Source of the DNA: Paramecium tetraurelia
Taxonomy: Eukaryota
Assembly: GCA_000165425.1 (NCBI GenBank)
Contig: CT868040.1
Coordinates: forward strand, 1-64,000
Reading direction: 5' to 3'
Length of the DNA: 64,000 nt
Shown: in pieces, positions 26,633-39,786 of the stretch
How positions within the stretch are numbered: the stretch's first letter is position 1
How the letters are laid out: the number at the start of each line of letters is the position of its first letter
Made by a program: the position numbers and the translations under genes
Notes under the pieces: generated by a model
Database searches by the model: none
Told to the model about the DNA's origin: nothing
Seen by the model: only the letters and a program-made list of their open reading frames with translations

Positions 26633-27797
26633 TCAAAGTTTCTGAAATATTTATTACCAAATCACTCGAGAACCAGGTCTGCCCTTCTCCCCAAGATTGA
26701 TAGTGTTAGCACGAGAACGTACAACTTCCTCTGTCTTCAATATTTTCTCAGTGCTGTTAATGCTTTTTATGGTAGATAGCATTTTAGCTTTAGTAGGAGC
26801 GGATATAGATCGAGTTCTGTTCTCTGGCTTTTCATCAGGAGCAGCCACTCTCTTGAGTTTTTTAACAGAAAACAAAGGAGCTTCTGGCGTTAAATTAATG
26901 AATTCAAAATTTTGTTTCTTTTGTATTCTTTTGTTTTATTGCACTATGAAGTCCTCTCGACTAATCTTGGTTTAGGAAGAGGAGTCTCTCTCAGGGGAAA
27001 TCTCTTGCAATTCCAATCTTCTTCGTTTTAGCTGGATGATCTTCTTCAAGATTAATTAATCCTTTTGATGCTGTGTTTCGAGGCTCTAATGCAAGTAATC
27101 TTGTTTTTTCAAGTCTATGTAAATAGCTTCAGGGATCAAGAGCACCTTGCTATAATGAACATTGCTTTTGGCAGTGGTTTGATAAGGTTTTTCAAGCAAT
27201 GCTTCGATTTCCTAAAATTTAAATGATTTTCATACTCCAACCAAAGAGCCAGCAGACTTTATTAGCAACGTTCTATTCTTTGCCATACAGGTCGATGCCA
27301 ACATCTTATTCTTAGGCATCCTTTTTTCAATCTGTGTTTCTTCCAATCTCACTTCACCCTCTATTATGTAATATACATGAGTTGGCTTTTGATTCTAACT
27401 AAAGAGCATTTAATTCAAATGATAAGTTGTTAATATTACTTTATCCAAGTGGAGTTTTATCCATTTTCTAATAAATTAGTCAAATATTAATCACATTCGA
27501 GCATCTGGAAATAACTAACACAAGATTTGCTATTTTTGAAGGTGTTCATAAGATTCCAACTTGTTTTTTAATATTTGTATGGCTCCTTAGTGATTTCTCT
27601 GCAGTCTCATAATAAAATTAAATATTATATAACTAATATATCTTTGAATTTCTGACTTCAGATCAGAAACCTGTATTAAATATATGTTTAGTTCACTCAA
27701 GCCTCACAACATTAATCCTATCCACAAGTACTACTAACATTGAGTCGACTATTTAATCCACCATTTTTTAATTTTGTTCAAGTTTACTTAGTTTCAT
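26633..27797 (-). CDS. Cyclic-nucleotide-binding (cNMP) domain protein; 5' end uncertain or possibly decayed
   Basis: LFSQNQKPTHVYYIIEGEVRLEE..KSAGSLVG|EIEALLEKPYQTTAKS..VLLIP is a cNMP fold signature; ends GSRVIWQQIFQKL-TGA at 26633; the upstream frame cannot be cleanly joined to an ATG. Confidence 0.65.
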
Positions 27798-27799
27798 TT

Positions 27800-28690
27800 T
27801 TTATTTTATCCAAATTTCAAATTGTAGTAGATTATTAAAAGTGAATCAGATTTAATTGGCTATTTAGTAAGATTTCCCTTTCCTTTGATTTACTTTTGGC
27901 TATTCTACCATATTAGACATGATATCAGGGCAAGTAAGAATAATAATACAGTAATCATTTACTAACCAATTCTGTGTTTTTATTTTGTTACTAAGAACAT
28001 TAAAATAATTTATGGCCATGATTATCCATTGATATAAATAAGTGTAAAGTAACAAATTCAACTGTAATTAATATATTTTGATATACTTATAAAGATAAAT
28101 GCTAGTCTCTATTTATATTATGACATTCTAATAAAGTAAGGTTGATTAACAATGACCAAAATTGATTAATGAAGGTCAAGAAATGATACTGAGTAGATAT
28201 GATCAATTTTAAGTTTTCATGCGTTGATAGAAATCGAGTATTTCTAGATTTTCTATAGATTTAAACTGATTTAAAACGAATAGCGTAGCATACCTACAGT
28301 ATTTCTAAACATCTAACTTTCACTTTCCCCATATCCACACAATTGTTAAGTTAAAGATGTACTTGCATTGGTTGATTAAATTAAGTCTATCGTCATTTTC
28401 AATATGATTAATTATCTATTTCTCACATGTAGTATTTGTGTTATTTTGAATATAGTTTAGTCTCTCACTAAGTTAGTAGATGTAATATTCATATTATAAT
28501 CACCAAGGAAATTACATATTTATTAAGTATAGATTCCTCTTCATATTCTCTTAGGCTGACTCAGGATTCCTTGCTAATAGAGATATTATCTAATAATTTC
28601 CAATCTTAATGATTTCCCTCATAATAATTTGGATATTTTTTATGTGTTGTATAATTTAACGTCTGAACTGGAAAAACATAAGAATATTAA
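27800..28690 (-). pseudogene. Coding-like relic, possibly the decayed 5' part of the cNMP gene
   Basis: Protein-like stretches interrupted by TGA in all three frames. Confidence 0.25.
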
Positions 28691-28738
28691 TGAGTATGAT
28701 AAATTTTATTATTGATAATAATAATTATAATTTATATA

Positions 28739-29781
28739 ATGGGAGGTGGTTCTAGCAAGGAGGATGAAAATCAAGTGAATCTCGATAAGTATTTATAAAG
28801 TGCAGAATATAAATAAAAACTAAATGCTGTTTATTCAGGATATAATAATCAATAATAAGCTCTGCATGTTCCATAACATTAGGATGATGATGATGATTAC
28901 ATTAACGATGGTTATTAAGGGATATAAATAAAAACAAAGCCATAGATCGCCACCATTTAGTCAACGACTCTTAGTGCTCAATAGAATGATGTCTATATAA
29001 TTAAATCATCATTTAAATTTGTAATCATAATTATGAATACTAGATTTAAATAGGAGAGACAACCTATTAATTAGCATTCTTATATACTTGTCCAGAACAA
29101 ACCTAGGTCGATGTGTGGTTTTTGGGTCAAGAGAATTTGAAAACAGGGGAAATTACATCTCTTTACGGAAATACCTAATTATAAAAACAAATCTAAGGCT
29201 TCTATGTTCAAAAGGGATAAAACCAGGATTTTTCATAAAACAAAGTGATTCTTGATTTGAAATTAATAAAAATCGAATCTATGAAGTAATATCAGATGAA
29301 ATAGGATGAATTTTCATTTCCACTCATAGTCAAAATTGTAAGTAATTGACATACGATTTTAGTCAAAAGTCAATCTAGATCATTCCTTTACTTATTATTG
29401 CACCGTGGAAAGGAGTCAAAACCAATTAGTTGCATAATGTATGGGAAGCAAATTGAGAGTAATAATAAATTCTATCATGCTAGATCAATGGTAAAGAGTT
29501 CTTGACTAAGGATGTTTATGGGATGAATGATAGTGTCTTAGGGAAGAAGGATGACAAGTAGATACATTGAATTATTATCTTTAGTGAAAAGGAACCTTGC
29601 AGAATTTGCTTAACGAATATCATCGATACCATGATTTAACCATGTCAACATGTCATTTTATGTTAGGAATGCTGTTAGAATTTGAGGATGACAGGCCAGA
29701 GATGTCCGATATGCAGATCAGGTAGATATTATTTGTATTTTAGAGATTAAGGAGTTTATTATAATTGCAAAAGCAAATTGA
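28739..29781 (+). CDS. MGRN1/RNF157/LOG2-like C3HC4 RING E3 ligase with N-myristoylation motif
   Basis: MGGGSSK start; FPLIVKI, NGKEFLTKDVYGM, then CRICLTNIIDTMIQPCQHVILCQECCQNLRMTGQRCPICRS; 5 short introns. Confidence 0.88.
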
Positions 29782-29807
29782 AATATTATAAATATTTTTA
29801 TTATAAA

Positions 29808-30633
29808 ATGACTGAGTTCAAGGAAGTATACTCATTTTGTATTTAGGATAAATTCTTTAATAAATCTGGAGATTCGGAGGATTCTGCTGACAAGCTGAAA
29901 AAGAAAATACAAAAATCTAAACATTAGGGTGGAATCTCGACGTCTTCTAAGATTAGAGAAATGTTTAAAAAACAACAATTTAAGGAGATTGTAAATTGGG
30001 CTGAGAAGGATACCAGCAACACGATTATCCATGAATATGATGAGATTAAGGTGAATTCACAAACTTTGAAAGTAGGATAAAATGCATTAATTAAAAATGC
30101 GAATAATCCATCTGAAGATTATGTAGGAAAAATATAAAGAATAATTACAATTAATGAAAATAAATCATCTAAACTTATTTGTCTATGTGAAGTCAGATGG
30201 TATCCACGATAGTCAATAATAGGTTTTATCGTAAAAGTGAAGTCATTAAATTTAGACCTTAGGCTAAGAGTTGGATTTCCAACAGTGAGGTTTTTAGTAC
30301 TACTTGTACAGATTATATATTGGCATCAGCCATCTTATCTCCTTGCATCATATACTCTTTAGAAGAATATGAAAGTGCACAGACTTTGGATAAATGCACA
30401 TTCTTTACCAGATTAGGATGGATACCAAGTAAAAACAGATTTGAAGGTTACACAAAATTGTAAAATCATTGTACTTGTAAATAACCATTGAATCCTGACT
30501 TGCCATCAATCTAGGTATTCAACACCCAAATATTTAGTGTGATAAATGCCAGAAATGGTATCATATGAATTGTGTTGGAGTTACTAAAGCGGACTATGAT
30601 TAAAAAGAATACATCTGTGGATGTTGTAGATGA
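29808..30633 (+). CDS. BAH-PHD chromatin reader, EBS/SHL/EPR-1-like
   Basis: BAH: LKVGQNALIK..DYVGKI..EVRWFYRKSE..EVFST..PCIIYSLEEY..FFTRLGW; PHD: HCTCKQPLNPDLPSIQCDKCQKWYHMNCVG..YICGCC; 3 short introns. Confidence 0.92.
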
Positions 30634-31608
30634 AATATAATTAAAAAAGGCTTAAATTTTAAACATTTGATTTATTCTCTAATCTCCAATTTATAGATCA
30701 AGAATTATATTCTCTTAATTGAATATATATATTTTATGAGATAATGTTATTATTACAATAATGTTATTGAACTTGAGAAATAAAAGGTTACCAATATTTG
30801 GAATTTTAAGTAGAATTTTAATCGCAATGCAAAGCATAAATCATTCGCACTAATCAAAATTATATTAAATATATTCAGTAGGATTATTATATATGCTAAT
30901 AGAATCTTGAAGAATTATAGATACTAAAAAGATTTATTATAGATTTTATTCAAATTTAATTAAGCATTTATTATTTTGAAAATAGAGAATCAATTTTATA
31001 ACCCTACTGAAATTCTTGTTGTATGAGATGAAGAGAAAAGGGTCACTAATTAATATTTCTAAGAATCTTGCCTTTAGATATCAATTTACTGATAGATATG
31101 AAGGATATATTGGTATATCTGACCATCCTTATGTTATTTTTTCAATACTTCTTCACAATTAGTAGTTTAGTTGTGATTTCATTTAATGATATTTATATTA
31201 TAGATAGATCTATTATCCAAACTTCATAGAGTCCTTTTAATAGTAATATTATTTCTAGTTGCATAATCAATATGTACAAATTACGTGATTAGAGGTTAAA
31301 TTTATATAAACAGAATTTTCGGAAGTAAACAATTAAATCATACCTTAAATTTGTACTTAGAAGTAGCATAGAATTACATGAAATTTTAATTAAAAAAAAT
31401 CCTTTTATTAAATAATTTTGAGTAATTAGATAAATTTTAATTATTTTGTTAATGATAAATTTGATTAAGTTTTTGCATATTTGAATAGCGTTGTTTAAAT
31501 TTGGCAATTGTTAAGAATAGTTACTTCTTTTTATTTTCTTAGAATTTTTTACACTCATTTAAGGATATATTAGATAAAGTGAATATTATATATAGTAAAA
31601 AAGAATAA

Positions 31609-33381
31609 TCAGGTAGAATATTTTGAGATTTTTAGAAATGTAATTATCATTTCTTTAGTAATTGTTTCTGGTTCAATTACATCGTTTTGTTATTATTATT
31701 TCTATCCACTTTAATTCACCAAATTATTTTCTTTTGGCAATAATCTTCTTTTCGACAAATTTCTTATAGACAATTTTCTTTTTGGATATTTGAAGTTTTC
31801 AAGATCTGTGCATATTGTAGTTTTATTAAATGACAATTGTTCCAATTGGTCATACACTACAGAATGCGAGTTAAACAATAAACTAATTTATTTGCTCATA
31901 AATTTATTAGCAAATGAGGGCATTGTAGATTTCTTGTTGATTTTGGAGAGTATCCTATTAATGGTTATGGCTTAAATCTATTGAATAGGATAAAATAATG
32001 TATAAGTAAAGATGTACAGAGCCAAACAGATAATAAGAAATAATGCTAACAAGATGAAAACGTGAAGTCCCACTTAATTTAATAGTTTTTATTAAAGTTC
32101 TTCTTAGAAGCGTGAGTAAAACTATTAGTACTCCTTACTGCTCAACAACCTAGAGATAGCAAGATATGTTTTACATAATTAATTTCATTGAATATTCAGG
32201 AATTTCTTAGATTCCTATTATCATTTCTTATTCATATAGACTATTATAGAGGCAATACAAAGAAGATGAATGTTTACTCAAGAATGGACATGCGGACGTA
32301 TCGTTTTATGATTGCGTGTTCATTCTTTCCCAATCGCTCTGGTTGAATCCTGTGATGGATTAATTGTAAATGTAAAGGGGCAGTTAGTCAACACTTACAT
32401 GATACGGGTGCATAATCATGATCCCAGAGGTTGATACAAGATAAATGACTTAAAATCCAAATTCTTGGGAATTAAGAATTTAAATAATTTCTGCTCCCAA
32501 AAAATTGGTTCCCACTCCTCCAATTAACTCTAGATTTTCGTCTACAATAGGGAGCACCAAAGATAATCCTATTTTTTTGTCTGTAAACACTACAATTACA
32601 TATTATCAACATGAATTACGCAAATAAGGCTGTGTGAAAGATTTTGAATATTCGTTATATGGTTTCTTCTTATTATAGTTATTTCTGACCTCGATAAACC
32701 ATTCTCGCTTCTCCGGATCATAAGAGTAGATCCCCTGTCCTCTGTTAAGACATGGATAAACAGCATTGGTTTTTTCGCTGATTATGTATGAATACAAGAA
32801 TGACTAACTCAAGATATTCCCCTGATAGAGAATTTATGCATAGGTTTGAGTCTGCTCCTGAATCTTCATGCCTATGAGCTCATCTAAACTCAAAGGATCT
32901 TCAAAGGCTGTGATGTTGGAATAACACATAAAAGAATAGGAGATGTCAGAGCTGCCATAGCCTTTAACTATTCTTATCGGATCTGGTATTTAATTTATGC
33001 CTCCATACAGCATTTAGTAATCCGTATCAAGTTGTAAGGAGTGCAGTTTTACTTACTTTTTAGTCATATGATACAATCGATGAAAGGAAACGAGACTATT
33101 TCCATCTAGCATATGATATTGGATTTACTTAAATAAAAGACTCTGTTGAAGTACCCTTCATACAATTTAATTGTTTTCTCTTAGATTTTAACGGAGGTAT
33201 CAGCAAAAATTTTATTAGAAATCTAGGAAAAATACTGTTTCAGCAAAGAATAATGGATCAGATTTACTGAGAGAACATAAGAGACTATCACAAGGATAAT
33301 TATTGAGACCAAAATTATCAATTAGGTCCTCAATTTCAAATTATTCAAACAGGAAGTAAAAAATCCTCGTTTCTTCTCCAT
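31609..33381 (-). CDS. TM - extracellular dCache-like domain - TM - HAMP-like receptor (copy A)
   Basis: MEKKRGFFTSCLNNLKLRTQLIILVSIIILVIV (TM1); YDPEKREWF, FTQPYL, GLSLVLPIVD..IGGVGTNF, VIYLVSTSGIMIMHPY; TM2 VFILLALFLIICLALYIFTYTLFYPIQQI; intact frame with 3 introns. Confidence 0.85.
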
Positions 33382-33584
33382 TTCACCAATGAAAACAAAT
33401 TATTTAAATTTTATTAACACAAAAAATAATAATTAGAAACTACTTCTAAAACAAATGATTTAAATGATATCATTTATAATTATATATATTATAATTACTA
33501 AATTATTGTGTTTTAATTAATTGTTGTAACCACAAATTTGCTCTTTAGAAATTAGAATAAATGTGTATAAAAATACTTAAAGAT

Positions 33585-35357
33585 TCAATATAGAAGGAAC
33601 TTAGTGTTTTGTTATTTGAGAACTCTTTTAATTATAGAAATGGCTGCATTTTCAAATTCCTCACCTCCGCTGAAATCTTTTAAACATCTGAATCTTAACT
33701 CTTGATGTTGTTTGATTTAATCAATATTTCTCATAAATGCAGCCTGAGTTACAGAGTACTGTTTGGTTGGATATTGAATGTCTTCAAACTACTTGCATTC
33801 ACTTGTTTTTATTAATGATAATGATTCCAATTTATTCATCACAATCTTATAAGTTTGAACCAAAGAAACTATTTCATCACTCATCCAAACCTCTGCAAAT
33901 TCCGATATTTGCTATTAGTTTCTTCTCTGTTAAATAATTAAATTGATCGCCTATTTTTTTATGATTTCAATTGGATGAAATAATATTTATGTAACCACAA
34001 TAATCATTAAACAAAGAACCACACATGATACAAACAACCATATAATGTTATTGCTGGTTGTTTCATGTAAACTTATCTCTATTTTGGATTAGAAATCATC
34101 GTAGAATTTTAAGTACTCTGAACTACTCAGCAACCTAATGATACTTATAACTGCTTACATAATGAGTTTCATCTTGAATTCTGGAATTTCTCGAGTACCT
34201 ATAATCATCTCTTGATTATAATAGGAGTTGTATCTACATTTTAGAAGGGAGGACATTTTGGCAAATTTAGGACAAGAGGAATCTGAATTTAGATTTAAGA
34301 TATATTCCCAATCAGTCACATTGAAGCCAGTGATGCTTTCATTATAAATGAAAAGAGGCAGTTGTTCCACTGTTACTTTATAGGGATGCATTATCATAAC
34401 TCCCTTTTCGGATACAAGATAAATTATTTAGAATCCAAAAGAATTAGATTTCATCATTTCAACTATTTCTGAACCTAAGAAGTTCGAGACCACTCCTCCA
34501 ATTAAGGCTAAATTACTATCAACAATTGGAAGTGCCATGGAAAGTCCGATCTTTTTGTCCGTGTACACTATTTAATTAATTCAGATATTGATACAGAGAT
34601 ATGGTTGGGTAAATGTGTAATGATACTTATCATATGGCGATTTGCTTTCATAGTTTCTTTTCAGCTCAGTGTACCAATCTCGTTTTTCAGCCACATATTG
34701 ATAAATTGCTTTGTCTCTATTTAAACAAGGGTAAATGGAATTTAATTTCTCTTTCATAATATACGAGTATAAGAAGGATTGGTTGATTAAATTTCCCTAA
34801 TAAAATATTTGTGCAGCCGCTTGGAGCTACTCCTCTACTTTCAGGCCCACCTTTTCTTCGAATGTCAAAGGGTTATTGAATGATGAAAGGTTTGAGTAAC
34901 ACATGAAGGAATAGGAAATGTCATAATTGCCATAACCCTTGATAATTCTCAAGGGGTCTGGAATTTTTGTTGTTCCTCCATATTACATTTGAAACAATGG
35001 GTTTGTGTCGAGAGGGTGTAATAGTACTTGGTTTTTGGAAGTATGATATAATCGATGAAATGACACCAAAGCGTTGCCATCTGAAATGTAAAAAAAATAT
35101 TTACTTAAATTAAATACTTCATTAAAATGCTAGAAGTATTCTTCCATCATATTTGACAAAAGGTGATTTGAGTTATCTTGAAACATATAATCTGACAATT
35201 CTGACAAATAATTTATTAGTAGAGAATGATGAATTAAGTTGAGTGCAAGAACATAGGACACAATAATTAAGACCTGTATCGAAACTATAATAATAAATTG
35301 CGTGCTTAATTTTAATTTGCCTATACATTTTGTAGCAAAATGCCTATTTTATTTCAT
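33585..35357 (-). CDS. TM - extracellular dCache-like domain - TM - HAMP-like receptor (copy B, tandem paralog)
   Basis: KLKLSTQFIIIVSIQVLIIV (TM1); YVAEKRDWY, FTQPYL, GLSMALPIVD..IGGVVSNF, IIYLVSEKGVMIMHPY; TM2 IIWLFVSCVVLCLMIIVVTQILFHPIEII; same 3 intron positions as copy A. Confidence 0.85.
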
Positions 35358-36307
35358 TTTTTTTAAATTTCTTAATAATATATCAGATGAATTACCAAAA
35401 AAGATTAATTTAGTTAAATTATTGTTACTTTTCTTGTATTTAGATGAAGAAACAATCGTAACAAAATATGCTGTTTATTTTTAGAAAAAGATTTCTTATA
35501 ACAATTTTTTAGTACATAATGTCTTTTATTAAGAATTTTTTTAAACTTGGTTTACAATTAAGAAAGGGTTTATAAACAAAAACCTATTAAAAAACAAAAT
35601 TTATTTTTATAGATTTTTAGAAAATACAATTATGTAAATTAATATATTCTCTGGAAGATTATTTTCAATTGTTTAAATATCTAAACTAGAGAAGATAGAT
35701 ATATAACTTTGAGCAAATAACTTCCTTTGGATTAATTGGTTGTCAAAAAATATTAAAATTAGAATAGAAATAGAACAATTTTAATCTAATAATATTTTCC
35801 GACTTACTTTGGATTTTACTTGAAAATCCAGATGTTTTATATAAATCAATCTTAGAGTTTAGTTTATAGTTTGTTGATTGTATTACTGAAATTGATAATA
35901 ATTTTTTTGGTCTTTCTATTACTCCTATACATATTTGAAATTATGGTTAGAAATTATTGAATTAAAATTTATTATAAATGAAGAGATAGGAAGGCAGGAA
36001 TCTGAGAAATCTAAGTGGAAATGAAAAATGCAGCAATGTTTTTAAGGTAAATCCTCAATCATAAATGGAGTCAAAACCTATTTTATATTATATAAATCTC
36101 CGGATTGATAATTTTTTAACCAATATTGGTCCCAAATATTCTTATAAGTGTCTCTAATTTTCATAATATACCTATGGGAGGCATGCTTGGATATCAATAA
36201 TCACCACACCAAAATGGGTTCTTATGGCAATAGATTATCATTCTTACGCCTTTTAATATTAATTTATTATATAATATTTTATTTATTAATTTTTAAATCT
36301 AACAATA

Positions 36308-39300
36308 ATGTATTATAATACACCCATCACACCCACTAAACCCTCTTAATCCAAATATTAATATCAAACTCCATACAATTTGAATTAATCTCCTTATTAC
36401 TATGATCAATATGCAACATATGCATTTTGTAATACTTTTCCTTATTCCACTTAGAAACTCAAAACAATCAACCCCTAAATCATAATTCAAGAAGTAATGC
36501 AGAGGAGCAATAAGACACCCTAAATATGAAAAATGAATAGTTTAGCAGTCCTGCCACCCTCATCAAAGCAAACATCATCAACAATAGAACCATGATTTTT
36601 ACTAATTACTTATAACTTGATTATGCGATGATCTTTGAAGAACAGCTAAAAATCATTAATAATCATTAAGATTATATCAAAAAACTCTGTTCTCTTAGAT
36701 TGGAGATACCCAACATACAAGTAATACTAACTACTCTAAAATAATTGAAATAAGATGTCTTATCATCATAACATACACAGGATAAATAAATATATGAAAC
36801 AATTATAAAGCCCAAGACTTAATAAATGATCTATCACTCCATATCACTTCAAAAGAATTTAGAGGGTTTACTAAATTTGTAGGAATAACCCAAGAATCCT
36901 TGTTTTAAGAAGTAGAACAATATAGATTAAGCAATAAAAATTAGATTTGAAGATTAAATTGTCCTATTACAACAGGAGCTATCCTAATATGAGGAGTTAG
37001 CAGCCAACATGTTGACATCTATCAAACATTATTAGGCTCAATTCGATTTTTTAAAAGATGAAAAAGTAATAAAACAATAATAAGAATTATGGGATAAGGA
37101 GAAGGATACTATCTTAGAATATTTAACTAATAAATTATCACAATCCATTCTAAATTTAATTCAAACTCATCAATAGGAAATGTTTAAAATAACTTAGGAT
37201 GAAGTCAACCCTATTGTTCACTCAAAAGGAGGAGTAGTTTACTTTTACGAAACCCTTTCTATTATAGATGGCTAAATTTATTCAATCGAATAAATTAAAG
37301 TCTAAATTCTAAACTATGAATAGTAAATTGTGTAACTAAAGGTGAATTATCATGAGTTTGAGGAGTTTTATAACAAAATAAAAACTATTCATGCTGAGAT
37401 TGTTGCCTTGTCTAAAAAGGTTAAGTAAATCAATTGCACTTAAGTGTAACCATTGCTGCAATAGTATTAATTGAGTTAAAGAAAAAAGTGCTCATAAAGA
37501 ATGGAAAAATTGTAAGAAGAGATTAAACAATTATTCTTTTAAGGTTAGCTTATTGAAAAAATTAATGTAAAAGCGATTATGAAAAATTTTGAGTCTTTTC
37601 ATTTTGATGAACAAATTTAAACTATAGAACATCAAATCCAAGAATTCGAGGACACTTATACAAGATAATAATTTCAGGTCCCATTTAGTAAAATTAAATA
37701 ATTGTCACAATTGATTATTAAGTAAGTTTATTAATATATATTAAAGATTTGAAGAGGATTATTATAATGCTAATAAGATGTGTTTGGAAATTACAAGATT
37801 AATAAAGTCAATAACATTTGTAGGATATATATCATATCTAAATGAAGCAATCAATAATAAGTACATATAAGCATTGCAACGGATATCTTTAAAGAAAGGG
37901 CATTTGCTGAGTTTCAAATTTTGTAATTAAGAGATTCTAACTAAAATTAATAATTTATTAGTTTTTTAATTTCCTTATTTTGATTGGAGCGAGCAATTAG
38001 ATCTAGAAAAAGATCGGATATATCTCATCTAAGAATAGTATATATGGGCTAGGGAAACAGTGATTGAATTAAGTTAAATAAAAGAATTATCGAGTGAGAT
38101 AAAAATAATGAAATAATTGCTTACTTTAGACAATGAATTGGAAAAAAGTTTAACTGTAATTGAAAAGTATCTAGAGTTGAAGGATAAATTAGGAACTGAA
38201 AGGATTGATATAATTAGTTGGCCAAAGTTAGAATTAGAATTAGTCAATGAGTCTAGCCAGTTTTGCAACCATATAATATAATAAATAAATGATAGAGTTA
38301 AAGCCATTTAATAACTAAATGAAATCTAATTGCTTTCGAAATTGGATTAGATATTTTCTGATTTTAATTAGCAAAACTAGCAATAACTAATATAATTATC
38401 AAAAGAACTTTAAAGCAAAGAATTTTCATAAATAATCAAGCCTTAAATTTAAATAGCTCAACAATTTATCACTGTTTGTATACAACATTTTGATGATGAG
38501 ATAGACAAAAAGTTTTGTTAGACCATAACATATTAAGAATTAGAAGATGAGTTGGGAGGAATTACGAAGTTAAATTAATTAAGACACATCAATGAACAAA
38601 ATCAAAACAATTAGGAATTACGAAATTTACTTTATGATCAAGTGATGCCATTTATGAGATAAAAGCTGAAAAGTGACTTTTCAAATTTATTCTAATTGAA
38701 GGTAATATAGAGTTAAGGTGGAACCAACAATTATGACCCATACAAATTGCAATTGAGAACTGATTTGCTGTATCCCATATACAGAGTAGACATCAATTCA
38801 AATTAATATTGTATTTAGGAGAAAGTGAAGATTGAAAGCATTATAGATTAGCCAGACTTGAGACAATTATTCTAGGAGTTTCGCTCATTCTTAAATCAAT
38901 GTACAATTATTATGAGAAATAATAATAATGACATTTACAATGATTAAGAGTTTATCCTATAACTAATAGATGCTTTTGAGAAGTCATGGGTTCTTAATAT
39001 CCACCTAACAGATCTTCAGTCTATCAAATCGTTTCACTAAAATCTAAAATAGTGGCCAGAAGCCAAATAATTTGAATAGTAGCTATTACCATTGGGTATA
39101 GTGTTGAAGGAGGAATACTCTAAATATTTAGAGGCATGTCGATAAAAAGTGTTGTCATTGACATCTGGAATAAGTATCACAGTAGACCCAAATTAGGAGA
39201 ACTTAATTTAAGATATGATAAAATTCAATTTTAATGGCAAGGTGTGTTGCCTTCACGAATTATGCCAAAATTATTTTTATAGAGATTCTTTGTCATTGAT

Positions 39301-39397
39301 AGTTGAATCATTGGAAGGTAATTTGAGATTGTTAAGCAATCATATTGTATTAATTAATGGAAAATAATTGTAGTATAATGATCAAATTGTCTTGTGA
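36308..39397 (+). CDS. Large hypothetical coiled-coil protein (~1000 aa)
   Basis: ATG 36308 MYYNTPITPTKPSQSKYQYQTP.., long code-6 frame with short introns, ends YNDQIVL-TGA. Confidence 0.7.
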
Positions 39398-39786
39398 TTA
39401 TTATTATTTCAAATACGAATTATAAACATTCTTGCAAAAACTATCACGATTTATAATATTTGATCTATCCTACGATTGTATGATTTCAAAAGAGACATCG
39501 TTTAGTTGTATTTCCATTAATATCATGTTTTCGAATTTATCTTACTTAAAAATGGATTATTTGTATAGAATTTTTTATTGATTTTTATAACTCTCTTAAG
39601 GAAAGTAGAATAAGATTATTCTGAAATTGAATTCTCAGATAGATGACATATATATTAAATAATGCGTAAAAATAATGCAGTAATGTATTAATGTTAAATC
39701 AAATATGTTCAATTTCCATAATTATATTACGCACTTCTCCAAAATCAAGAAGAGTCCTATCATTGTTTTGATTATTAATTTTAATT

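Noticed and set aside
35978..36300. Possible upstream exon or separate ORF before the 36308 gene
   Set aside because: No recognisable motif or convincing splice pattern; left uncalled.
39150..39397. Atg11/FIP200 claw-like C-terminus in the large coiled-coil protein
   Set aside because: Only a vague LHE-type resemblance; cannot be supported without a profile search.
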